Positions 17,371 through 25,199 of a DNA stretch of 32,968 nt are shown piece by piece. The stretch is from NCBI GenBank assembly GCA_013331805.1, contig DUFS01000027.1, positions 26,555-59,522 on the forward strand, written 5' to 3'. Within the stretch, counting starts at the first letter, position 1. Every line of letters begins with the position of its first letter. Both the position numbers and the translations under genes were made by a program. Origin of the DNA: Candidatus Micrarchaeota archaeon. GTDB lineage: Archaea; Micrarchaeota; Micrarchaeia; Anstonellales; Anstonellaceae. The notes under the pieces are model-generated. The model had not been told where the DNA came from. It did not search any database and saw only the letters and a list, made by a program, of their open reading frames with translations.

Positions 17371-17392
17371 GCACGCTGACGTATGGTGATGG

Positions 17393-18553
17393 ATGCCGAG
17401 GAAACCAGCAATCCAAAGGAAGGAATCTGCCAAAGAGGCAAATCCGCCATCTTCTCCTGCAAGCGACATACTCAAGGAAGCTGACAAGCTGAAAACCCAG
17501 CTCTCGGTCATCCTCGAACAGAGCCCGATGATAATAATAATCGCCGACACCGAGGGCAGGATAGAGTACGTCAACAGGAAGTTCAACGATGTCACGGGCT
17601 ACTCGCTTGCGGAAGTTGCCGGGAAAACCCCTCGTGTGCTCAAATCCGGAGAAACCCCTTTGGAAGTCTACAAGAGCCTGTGGGAAACAATAACTTCGGG
17701 CAACGTGTGGACTGGGGAATTCCACAACAAGAAAAAAAGCGGCGGGTATTACTGGGGCCACGCCTCCATTGCACCGATTAAAAACTCGGAGGGCGAAATT
17801 ATCAACTTCATCGGAATGGAGGAGGACTTCACCGCCCGCAAGAACGCCGAGGACGCGCTTATTCAGGCTCACAAAAGGGTGGAGGAGCTTTCCCAGGCTA
17901 AGGACATATTCATCCAGAACATCACCCACGAGCTCAAAACGCCACTTTCGGTGATATTGGGGAACATCTCGCTTCTCCGGGACATAGCCCCAAAGGAAAG
18001 CGCGAAGGAATGGACGCGCCTGCTTGACATGGAGGAGCGCAACGCCATCAGGCTTCGCCGCTCGATAGAGCAGATACTTCAGCTTGGGAAGCTGGATTCC
18101 GCGGAGCTCAAGAAAGAGCCAGTGCAGCTGGACAAGCTGCTGCAGGATGTCTATCTTGAGCATCTGCCCATCGCCAACATGAAGGGAGTGGACCTGGACC
18201 TCTCGCTTGACAAATTCGAGCTTCAGGCCGACAGGGAGCTTCTTCGCCTGGCAATATCGAATTTCGTATCCAATTCCGTAAAATTCACTGACAAAGGAAG
18301 CGTTGAGCTTTCCATGAAAGTGCTGGGCGACAGCGTATTGGTAAGGGTCTCGGACACCGGCATAGGGATTTCGAAGGAAAACCAGTCCAAGCTTTTCCAA
18401 AAGTTTTTCAAGGCCGATCCGAATGCGCCAGGAAGCGGCATCGGGCTTGCGCTCTCATACACGATAATAAACAAGCACGGCGGCAAAATCAGCGTGAAAT
18501 CCGAACTGGAAAAGGGAAGCGCTTTCGAGATAGTGCTGCCGAGGGGGGGATGA
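17393..18553 (+). CDS. Cytoplasmic PAS-domain sensor histidine kinase
   Basis: 386 codons with no TM segment. PAS region (IIIADTEGRIEYVNRKFNDVTGYS...GEFHNKKKSGGYYW), H-box ITHELKTPLSVI, N-box SNSVKFT, G1 DTGIGI, G2 GSGIGLAL. Confidence 0.9.
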   Translation: MPRKPAIQRKESAKEANPPSSPASDILKEADKLKTQLSVILEQSPMIIIIADTEGRIEYVNRKFNDVTGYSLAEVAGKTPRVLKSGETPLEVYKSLWETITSGNVWTGEFHNKKKSGGYYWGHASIAPIKNSEGEIINFIGMEEDFTARKNAEDALIQAHKRVEELSQAKDIFIQNITHELKTPLSVILGNISLLRDIAPKESAKEWTRLLDMEERNAIRLRRSIEQILQLGKLDSAELKKEPVQLDKLLQDVYLEHLPIANMKGVDLDLSLDKFELQADRELLRLAISNFVSNSVKFTDKGSVELSMKVLGDSVLVRVSDTGIGISKENQSKLFQKFFKADPNAPGSGIGLALSYTIINKHGGKISVKSELEKGSAFEIVLPRGG

Positions 18554-18554
18554 A

Positions 18555-18914
18555 ATGAAAAAAATCCTGATTGTGGAAGACGAGCCCGACGTTGCGGAAA
18601 CCATGAAGATGCTGATTGAGCGCGACGGCTACCAGTGCGACTATTGCCTGAACCCGGTTGAAGGCCTGGAAAAAATGAAAGGCTACGACCTGCTGCTGCT
18701 TGACATCATGATGCCCCGCATGTCCGGGAGGCAGGTTCTGGAAGAGATGAAAAAGCGGGGAATAGCCATTCCGGTTATAGTTGTGAGTGCGGTCGGCCTT
18801 CCTCTAGAAGTGGCATCAGAGCTTGGCAAAGTGTATCCTGGAGTTGACTTTGTCCCAAAAACAGAAATGCACACCGACCTGATCCGCGCTATTGTGGAAA
18901 AGATCGGAAAGTGA
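18555..18914 (+). CDS. Stand-alone CheY-like receiver (response regulator without an output domain)
   Basis: 119 codons starting 1 nt after the kinase stop. Acidic pocket VEDEPD, phospho-acceptor context LLLLDIMMP, conserved VSA and PK. Confidence 0.88.
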   Translation: MKKILIVEDEPDVAETMKMLIERDGYQCDYCLNPVEGLEKMKGYDLLLLDIMMPRMSGRQVLEEMKKRGIAIPVIVVSAVGLPLEVASELGKVYPGVDFVPKTEMHTDLIRAIVEKIGK

Positions 18915-18938
18915 TCGGGCTGGCGCGCAGAATTCGCC

Positions 18939-20447
18939 TCACAATCTCTTTTTCTTCATCACTTTGGTCAGCTTCATTTCCCCCTCGCGCAGAAGGTCGC
19001 CGGTTGTCCCAAGTCCGCTTTTCAGCATCCGCCTAGTGTGAAGGGTTCCCCTTTCCACGATTTTCTTGGTGAAATCCCAGCCGTTCACCACATTATGGAC
19101 AGCTCCCTGCGTCGGGTAGACTGCCACCAGGTTGAAAATCATCGCCCTCTGCCCTGAAGTGTTCTCGATTTCCCTGGTGATTGCGAGCTTGGGCGCAAAA
19201 ATTATCGCGCTTCCCAGCCGAAGGGCGCCGGAGATGAGGAACACCAAAAGAATTCCGCTGAAGCCAAAGAGGCTCACTGTTCCGAAATAAGCGAGGAATA
19301 TGCCTCCTGAAACCGCGCCCGCAGCATAGAAGAACCCGTTGAACTGATTGTACTTTGATATGAATGACGGGCGTAGCTCGCGGCCCACCATGGCAAGCGC
19401 GTAATTGAAGGATGCCAGGTCGAATCCTGACCAGACAAAGCCGGAAAACACCTGGAAAAGCGCAAGGAAAAGGAGATCCTTCGAAAACAGCCACATGACC
19501 GGGGCCACGGACGCGGCAAAAGCTGTCGCCACAAGAACCGTGCGGTTGCCGAACCTGTCGATAGCGCTGCCCCAGTAGGGGAAGCAGACGATTTTGGTGA
19601 CCACTGAAATTGCCGTAAGAAAGCCCAGTATGCCCACGTCGAATCCCAGCTCATTTAACATGTATGGGGTGAAAAAAGGCGCTGCAAACTGCACCGTGAA
19701 ATTCATGAGCGCCATGAAAATCAGGAACCAAAGCTCATTCCGATAAGCCGGAAGCTGGAAAAGGTGCTTGAGCCAGATTTCGCGGATAAGCTGAACTTCA
19801 TATCCCACATCATCGGTCCTGAGATGCATTACGCCCGTGAGCAGCCTTGCCAGGAAAGCCACGGCAAAAATGGCTGCAAATGCAACGGCTGCGGCAAACT
19901 GCAGCTGCAGCTGCCTGATCAGCAGCCCTGCAGCAAAAGTCGTTATGAAGAGGGTGAGCTGCATCATCCGGTTCCTGTTGGCAAAAAATCCCGGGCGCTC
20001 GTTTTCCGGGACTATGTCCGAAATCCAGCTGCTCCAGCCAGGATTGGCCATCATGGTCAGGGCAGAGCCAATAGAGAAAAAAAGTATCAGGAACTCAACG
20101 GAAAGTTCGCCAGGCCACAGCATCACGCCTATTATTAGAAGATAGCTCACTGCCTGAAGCAGGGAAGCTGCAACGGACAGCATTTTCCTGCTTTTTACGG
20201 TCCTGATTGCGGTAAGCGATACAGACTGAAGCATTGCGCCGAATAGCTGCGGAAGGGCTGAAAGCAGGCCTATCAGGAAATTGCTCGCCCCGAGGGCGAC
20301 AGCCGCGGCAGGAATGTACGCGTCGCCGACGCCGGTCATCACGGAATACAGCATGCCCTCTATGGTGGAGTAGCGCATCGAGCGCTTCCTCTGCTCGCGC
20401 GTCAATTTTTCCCTTTCTGAGAAGTCTTGTGCCATACCAGGTCGCAA
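18939..20447 (-). CDS. Major facilitator superfamily transporter (about 12 TM)
   Basis: 502-codon hydrophobic ORF with two six-helix halves. Start is TTG 20447 or ATG 20435 (MAQDFSEREK). An A/T box AATATAAAT lies at 20468-20476. Confidence 0.75.
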   Translation of the reverse strand: MRPGMAQDFSEREKLTREQRKRSMRYSTIEGMLYSVMTGVGDAYIPAAAVALGASNFLIGLLSALPQLFGAMLQSVSLTAIRTVKSRKMLSVAASLLQAVSYLLIIGVMLWPGELSVEFLILFFSIGSALTMMANPGWSSWISDIVPENERPGFFANRNRMMQLTLFITTFAAGLLIRQLQLQFAAAVAFAAIFAVAFLARLLTGVMHLRTDDVGYEVQLIREIWLKHLFQLPAYRNELWFLIFMALMNFTVQFAAPFFTPYMLNELGFDVGILGFLTAISVVTKIVCFPYWGSAIDRFGNRTVLVATAFAASVAPVMWLFSKDLLFLALFQVFSGFVWSGFDLASFNYALAMVGRELRPSFISKYNQFNGFFYAAGAVSGGIFLAYFGTVSLFGFSGILLVFLISGALRLGSAIIFAPKLAITREIENTSGQRAMIFNLVAVYPTQGAVHNVVNGWDFTKKIVERGTLHTRRMLKSGLGTTGDLLREGEMKLTKVMKKKRL

Positions 20448-20540
20448 GGAGTTTTGTTTCCGCCAGGAATATAAATGCAGTGTCAGGCAGGCCGGACGGG
20501 AAATGGATTAATAATCTTGACCGTGAAAGCCATTCAAGGG

Positions 20541-20978
20541 ATGGGCATGGAGCTAAGGTTCAAATACGCGCTTTTCGGAGTGGGCGCATTCCTATTCATT
20601 TTCGGCGCGGTCTTCGGCGCCTTCAACGCAGGCTCCAGCATGCAGGGGGGCGACATACTCGATGCCTTCTCCAATGGGTTCACCTCGGTATTCATCGCGC
20701 TTTTCTCCGGTGTTCTCATGGGCGTCGGAGCCACGCTGATATTGACGGGGCTCATACTCGGGCTCAAGGGAAACGTAACGCACATCGTGGCTTCCTTCCT
20801 CTTTTCAATCCTCTCCACACTGATGGCAATAGCTGCAATCGCCCAGGTATCCATGTCTACATTCCCGACCATGGTGCTTTTCTTTGCCGGCATGGCTGCA
20901 TCTGGGGCGTTCCTGCTTGCCACGGTCATTTTCTTCCTGTCCGATGCAATGAAGGCCTACCTCGCCTCGCACAAGTAG
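20541..20978 (+). CDS. Small four-TM membrane protein, function unknown
   Basis: Hydrophobic ORF. The track start ATG 20475 lies inside the A/T box, so ATG 20541/20547 (MGMELRFKYALFGVGAFLFIF) is more plausible. Confidence 0.6.
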   Translation: MGMELRFKYALFGVGAFLFIFGAVFGAFNAGSSMQGGDILDAFSNGFTSVFIALFSGVLMGVGATLILTGLILGLKGNVTHIVASFLFSILSTLMAIAAIAQVSMSTFPTMVLFFAGMAASGAFLLATVIFFLSDAMKAYLASHK

Positions 20979-20980
20979 GG

Positions 20981-21102
20981 CAATGAAAAAGTCTGCGGAC
21001 AGATTTTTTCAGCAGTGGAATCAAAATTCCACTACAAGGACAAATTTTGCAGAAAAATTTGTCCGCAGTGTAATTTATCAAAATTACACTACAATGAAAA
21101 AG
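20981..21102. repeat. Cluster of three hairpins plus direct and inverted repeats in the convergent spacer (probable bidirectional terminator region or small repeat element)
   Basis: Hairpin A: AGTGGAAT-caaa-ATTCCACT at 21013-21032. Hairpin B: AGTGTAATTT-atca-AAATTACACT at 21067-21090. Central hairpin: GGACAAATTTT-gcaga-AAAATTTGTCC at 21038-21064. CTGCGGACAGATTTTT (20993-21008) is an inverted copy of AAAAATTTGTCCGCAG (21053-21068). The 11-nt direct repeat CAATGAAAAAG occurs at 20981-20991 and 21092-21102. Oligo-T runs are present on both strands. Confidence 0.6.
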
Positions 21103-21109
21103 AGGGAAA

Positions 21110-23149
21110 TCAGGAATTCCTGCCTTTTTTTACCTTCAGCATGGCGGTCATCTTTGAGATCAGCCGCCTCTTCTTTGCCGAATCAACCAGGGCGATCCGC
21201 AGAACTTCCACGAAATTTTCCACGGGTATTATGCTTATCCTGTTGCGAAGGGATCCTGTCAGGTATATGTCGTCCGCATTGCTTTTCGGCACCATTATGC
21301 TTTTCATGCCGGCATCGATTGCAGCCTCGGCCTTTCCTGTCACCCCGCCCACAGGCAGCACTTCCCCGCGGACCGAAAGCGATCCGGTCATTGCCAGGTC
21401 CTGCCTCACGGGTATTCCTTCCATTGCGGAAATTATCGCAACCGCAATCGATATTGATGCCGAGTCGCCTTCCACTCCCTCGTAGGTCTGCAGGAACTGC
21501 ACGTGCATGTCGTATTGCGAAACATCCTTCCCGATGTGCTTCTTGATTATTGCTGAAACGTTCTCTACCGCTTCTTTTGCGATTGTGCCGAGCTTTCCTG
21601 TTGCGATCAGCTTGCCCTCGGATTTTGACGAGGCCGGCGTGACCTCTGCCACAATGGGCATCACCAGCCCTGAGGAGGCATCGCCGAGCACGGCCAGCCC
21701 GTTCACCTTGCCCACCCTGCTTCCCTCTATTCCGAAAACCTGGTAGTCCTTCCTGCTTTCCACGAACCGCCTGCTCATCTGCTGCTCTATCGTTTGCGCA
21801 ATGCCCCTGGCCCGGACAATGTGCTTCTCGTCCACAAAGGGCGCCTTTTCCTCATTGGCAATGTCTCCCGCAGCCCTGACCAGGCCGCCAAGCTCGCGGA
21901 AATTCAGGGAAAGCCTCCTTTTCCTTCCGGCCTTCCTCCTTGCCTCATCGATTATTTCCCCCACAGCGCCATAAGTGAAGTGGGGGATTTTCCTGTCCTT
22001 CCTTATCTCCTGCGCCACGAATTGCACATACTTGTCCTCGTTCTCAGCCGTGTCAGGCACGGTGTCCTGCACATAGACCTCGTAGCCGTTGCCGCGTATC
22101 CTGGAGCGCATGGCAGGGTGCATCATCCGCATGTCCACTGCGTTTCCAGCCGCGACAAGGACAAAGTCGCACGGCACGGGTTCAGTTTTCACTATCGCGC
22201 CCGATGAGTTCTCGCTTTGGCCTGTTATTGAATATTTTTTTTCCTGCATGGCAGTGAGGAGCTCCTGCTGGCTGCGCGGCTTGAGGGATGCCACCTCGTC
22301 AATGAAGAGCACCCCTCCGTTTGCCCTGTGTATGGCTCCTGCCTCCACCCGCAGGTGCGCAGGCGTGCCCATCCCCCCCGACTGCAGCGGGTCATGCTTC
22401 ACGTCGCCCAGGAGCGCGCCGGCCTTGGAGCCGGTCGCATCCACGAAGGCGGCGTTTTTCTTTCCCGAGTTGTCCACTATGAGCTTAGGGTCGTTCGAAT
22501 CGAAAATCCCCAGCCTTTTGCCAAACGTGCTGGTGAACCTGAAAAGCAGGAAGATTATTCCGAAGCCGATTATCGTAGCAAGCACGAACCATTTGTTGTC
22601 ATTGTTAAGGGAACCCGTCATGTACAGGAAAATAATCACGGCGATTATTCCAAAAAGGAACATCACACCTGAGGAGGGGCCGCGGCTCTGCATTGCATCG
22701 CGGTTCCTCATTGCCTGCTGCAGCATCCTGCCCTGGCCCATCTCAACCTCTTCAACCGTCTTTGCCTTTTGCTTTTTCATGGCTCCTCTTTTCGTGATCG
22801 AGGCGATCATTGCCTGCATCTGCCTGAACGCTGCGTACATCTGCGCAAGCTCGGGATCCTTTTTTATCTCCTCCTCGCTCGGGTAGGTTTTGACCGTCTT
22901 CACCAGCGGGCGGTTCTCGTCATTCGGATTCGGACAGATTAGAACATCTTCGAGATCTGCAGCGGGCATCATTTCCGCCATTGCCTGCGCCAGCATGGAT
23001 TTGCCGGTCCCTGGCGTGCCTATCATCAGCACGTTCCTGCGCTGGACTGCTGCCTTCCTCACTATCTTCACTGCCTCATCCTGCCCAAGCACCTGGTCAA
23101 TCAGCCTGGTGGGAATGGCAATTTCCTCTGTGGTCTTGAATTTCTTCAT
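21110..23149 (-). CDS. lonB: Archaeal membrane-bound Lon protease (LonB)
   Basis: 679 codons. Walker A GTPGTGKS. Two TM helices inserted in the AAA+ module ([33 protein letters not shown]). Protease Ser in [10 protein letters not shown] and Lys in [16 protein letters not shown] lies upstream of the ATG. Confidence 0.93.
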   Translation of the reverse strand: MKKFKTTEEIAIPTRLIDQVLGQDEAVKIVRKAAVQRRNVLMIGTPGTGKSMLAQAMAEMMPAADLEDVLICPNPNDENRPLVKTVKTYPSEEEIKKDPELAQMYAAFRQMQAMIASITKRGAMKKQKAKTVEEVEMGQGRMLQQAMRNRDAMQSRGPSSGVMFLFGIIAVIIFLYMTGSLNNDNKWFVLATIIGFGIIFLLFRFTSTFGKRLGIFDSNDPKLIVDNSGKKNAAFVDATGSKAGALLGDVKHDPLQSGGMGTPAHLRVEAGAIHRANGGVLFIDEVASLKPRSQQELLTAMQEKKYSITGQSENSSGAIVKTEPVPCDFVLVAAGNAVDMRMMHPAMRSRIRGNGYEVYVQDTVPDTAENEDKYVQFVAQEIRKDRKIPHFTYGAVGEIIDEARRKAGRKRRLSLNFRELGGLVRAAGDIANEEKAPFVDEKHIVRARGIAQTIEQQMSRRFVESRKDYQVFGIEGSRVGKVNGLAVLGDASSGLVMPIVAEVTPASSKSEGKLIATGKLGTIAKEAVENVSAIIKKHIGKDVSQYDMHVQFLQTYEGVEGDSASISIAVAIISAMEGIPVRQDLAMTGSLSVRGEVLPVGGVTGKAEAAIDAGMKSIMVPKSNADDIYLTGSLRNRISIIPVENFVEVLRIALVDSAKKRRLISKMTAMLKVKKGRNS

Positions 23150-23179
23150 CTTCTTTCCCCTCTTGCGATACCTTGAATC

Positions 23180-23725
23180 CTATTTCACTATCAGCGCAAT
23201 CTGGAATACGAGCTCAGTTTTCCTTTGCTCTATCGTGCCTGTAAAATTCGCCTTTGCATTTTCGCACTCAACTATCCCCCCGCATCCCCGCACTGCTTTC
23301 CAGCTCGCATAAAGCGGCGGGTCTGAAAGCGACTGCACCTGCGTTTCAATCCTGTTCAGCCGAAGGTTGTTCGGTATTTTCCCCTCGCCGTAGGCGTCAT
23401 TGTAGTAGGAAAGCGCCAGGTCGAACTGCCGCATCCTGTCAGACTCGGCGCGCGCCTGCTTTAGTATGTTGGAATCGTTTTTCAGGACTGAAATCTGGGA
23501 GTTCATTGCCGAGATTTCAGCGTCAAGCGACTGTTTCTGGACGTTGCACCTGGCAACGTCCGAGGTCAGCTCGCCTATTCGCGCCTCTTTTAATTCAAGC
23601 TGGGCGGAAAGCTTGCCCTTCTCCTCATTGCAGGTCTCTTTCAGCGCATCGTATTCCCCCTGGGAAACGCCTGTGCACCCCAACAGGAGGAATAGGGGGA
23701 TTGCAAACAGCGGCAGTCTTTTCAT
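23180..23725 (-). CDS. Lipoprotein with coiled-coil region, function unknown
   Basis: From ATG 23725 the product begins MKRLPLFAIPLFLLLGC (signal peptide plus lipobox-like LLGC). GGATAAAAAG (23747-23756, minus strand) is centred about 26 nt upstream, so the TTG 23743 start in the ORF track is unlikely. Confidence 0.65.
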   Translation of the reverse strand: MKRLPLFAIPLFLLLGCTGVSQGEYDALKETCNEEKGKLSAQLELKEARIGELTSDVARCNVQKQSLDAEISAMNSQISVLKNDSNILKQARAESDRMRQFDLALSYYNDAYGEGKIPNNLRLNRIETQVQSLSDPPLYASWKAVRGCGGIVECENAKANFTGTIEQRKTELVFQIALIVK

Positions 23726-23802
23726 GCTACACTCCACGCGCAACTGCTTTTTATCCTTTTGTTTCGTTTTTTCCAGCAGTGTGTTAATTTCTTATCAACA
23801 GT

Positions 23803-23851
23803 GTTAATATCATATTAACGTTTATAAATATTTGTCAATACAATGTTGACA
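23803..23851 (+). promoter_or_regulatory. Promoter of the wHTH-grpE-orf-dnaK operon: TATA box bracketed by two palindromes
   Basis: GTTAATAT-c-ATATTAAC at 23803-23819, TTTATAAATA at 23821-23830, and TGTCAA-N7-TTGACA at 23833-23851. The ATG is at 23859. GTGTTAAT also occurs at 23781-23788, 20 nt upstream of its copy at 23801-23808. Confidence 0.55.
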
Positions 23852-23858
23852 GATCAAT

Positions 23859-24299
23859 ATGGCAGAGGCAAAACAGAAAAGCGAGCTCGTCGCAAGGCGC
23901 CCTCAATCGGTCGACGACGAGCTCATCGAGCTTTGCAAGATGATGCGGATCATGTCCGAGCGCGACGTTGACGCCACACTGTCCCAGGTGCTAAAGACCA
24001 TGATGGTGCATACTCGCAGCGAGCCACTTGGGGGAAGTGAGCTTTCCAAAATATCCGGGATAAACCGCATAACAATCATACACCATCTCAAGAGGCTGGA
24101 AGAGGCGGGCTTTGTGGCGAGAAAGGAGGGCAAGTACTGCATGCGCGTGCAGACTGCGGAAGGCATGCTGATGGAATTCCGCAAGGAGATGGATAGGGCG
24201 TTCACCGAAATGGACGAGCTTGCCCGCGAAATAGACACGGAATTCGAACAGATGGAAAGGCAGATGCTGGAGCGCGGCAAAAGGCGCAGGCTGCCCTAA
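23859..24299 (+). CDS. Winged-helix (ArsR/MarR-like) transcriptional regulator with coiled-coil tail; candidate regulator of the chaperone operon
   Basis: 146 codons. HTH region GGSELSKISGINRITIIHHLKRLEEAGFVARKEGKY. First gene of the grpE-dnaK cluster, 5 nt before grpE. Confidence 0.7.
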   Translation: MAEAKQKSELVARRPQSVDDELIELCKMMRIMSERDVDATLSQVLKTMMVHTRSEPLGGSELSKISGINRITIIHHLKRLEEAGFVARKEGKYCMRVQTAEGMLMEFRKEMDRAFTEMDELAREIDTEFEQMERQMLERGKRRRLP

Positions 24300-24304
24300 A
24301 AGGT

Positions 24305-24847
24305 ATGTTTTTCATGGTTGACGGAAATGCCCCCACCGAGGCTCCAGTTCCCGAGGAAGATTCAGGGAAAGAGGACAGCCTTTCCGCAAAGCTTGCCGTG
24401 CTTTCGGACCAGCTGTTGCGGCTGCAGGCCGAGTTTGACAATTACAAGAAGAGGACGGCAAAGGAGAAGGAGGCAGTTTCGCTTGCTGCTGAGGCGAAAA
24501 TGATGCAGCGCATGCTGCCGATATACGAGGAAATCTCGATTGCGGAAAAGGAGGCTCAGAAAATCCCGGACCAGGCGGTCCGCAAGGGCATTGCCCTGGT
24601 GCTTTCCAAGCTGCGCTCGTCATTCGAAAAGGACGGCCTGCAGGAAATGAAGCTTGTGGGTGAGAAATTCGACCCCTTCAGGCACGAGGCGGCAATGCAC
24701 GAGCTTTCCGATCAGCCTGAAGGGACAATAATGAACGTGATAAAGAAAGGATATCTCTTCAGGGGGGAAGTGCTGCGCCACGCAATTGTTTCAATTTCAA
24801 GCGGTAAAAAGGCTGAAGAAAATGCCAAAAAGGAGGGAGAAAAATGA
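24305..24847 (+). CDS. grpE: Nucleotide exchange factor GrpE
   Basis: 180 codons. Signature LRLQAEFDNYKKRTAKE, then C-terminal KFDPFRHEA...GYLFRGEVLRHAIV. Confidence 0.92.
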   Translation: MFFMVDGNAPTEAPVPEEDSGKEDSLSAKLAVLSDQLLRLQAEFDNYKKRTAKEKEAVSLAAEAKMMQRMLPIYEEISIAEKEAQKIPDQAVRKGIALVLSKLRSSFEKDGLQEMKLVGEKFDPFRHEAAMHELSDQPEGTIMNVIKKGYLFRGEVLRHAIVSISSGKKAEENAKKEGEK

Positions 24848-25176
24848 ACAGCGCTGTCATAATCAAGTTCGAGGCGGACGCAATCGCCGCACAGGATGAC
24901 ATCTTGCCGCAATTCAACGCCTACATGCAGCAAAGTGCGCACTCCCCCTCCTTTGTGCATGATAAGGAGGGCTACTTCCGCCTTTCATATGATGAAAAAG
25001 CCGGCATTTCGTCCGCAGGTGTGATGGAGCTTGGCAAGTTTTTGCAGACATCCGGCTTCACAGTGACTGCGATAAGGAGCGCATCAGCAGGCGAAAGCGT
25101 GCTTGCAACAGAAGTGAAATACGAAAAAAGCGGCAAGGAGGGAAGCGTAGTGCTTTCCACTGTCAGGATTTATTGA
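24844..25176 (+). CDS. Hypothetical 110-aa protein inserted between grpE and dnaK
   Basis: Its ATG overlaps the grpE stop (ATGA at 24844-24847) and it ends 23 nt before the dnaK ATG. It is the only long ORF filling the gap. No motif recognised. Confidence 0.55.
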   Translation: MNSAVIIKFEADAIAAQDDILPQFNAYMQQSAHSPSFVHDKEGYFRLSYDEKAGISSAGVMELGKFLQTSGFTVTAIRSASAGESVLATEVKYEKSGKEGSVVLSTVRIY

Positions 25177-25199
25177 TACTATTAATAGGGGTGGTCAAC

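Noticed and set aside
17342-18400. 353-codon upstream extension of the leuS ORF (the track reports 14585-18400, 1271 aa)
   Set aside because: The extension runs antisense through the well-supported PAS histidine-kinase gene and has no synthetase-like sequence. LeuRS homology, with the HIGH motif about 40 residues in, begins at ATG 17341, which sits about 25 nt from an A/T box. It is a stop-free antisense frame, not coding.
20234-20986. 250-aa plus-strand ORF
   Set aside because: It is antisense to the MFS transporter for its first part and out of frame with the hydrophobic four-TM ORF for the rest. It is an Arg-rich shadow frame.
20981-21102. MITE insertion with an 11-bp target-site duplication (CAATGAAAAAG)
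   Set aside because: The 100-bp block between the direct repeats has no terminal inverted repeats at its actual ends; the inverted repeat partners are internal. The right-hand direct repeat also overlaps the conserved tail (ACAA) of hairpin unit B. I cannot call it a mobile element from one copy. A genome-wide copy count would decide.
20979-21109. Possible C/D-box sRNA or tRNA in the 131-bp spacer
   Set aside because: There is no RUGAUGA C box; only TGATAA- and TGATTC-like strings occur on the minus strand. The spacing between candidate C and D' elements is about 22 nt instead of about 12. No cloverleaf can be drawn. I kept the region as a structured repeat/terminator region instead.
20983-21546. 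Plus-strand ORFs of 187 aa and 156 aa (20983-21546 and 21015-21485)
   Set aside because: They start inside the hairpin-rich intergenic spacer and run antisense through the C-terminal protease domain of lonB. They have no motifs and are Arg/Ser/Pro-rich shadow frames.
25173-25199. Longer dnaK start (MILLIGVVN-)
   Set aside because: Hsp70 proteins begin [11 protein letters not shown]. ATG 25200 is preceded by GGGGTGG. The longer start would overlap the stop of the upstream ORF and contain the ribosome-binding site.
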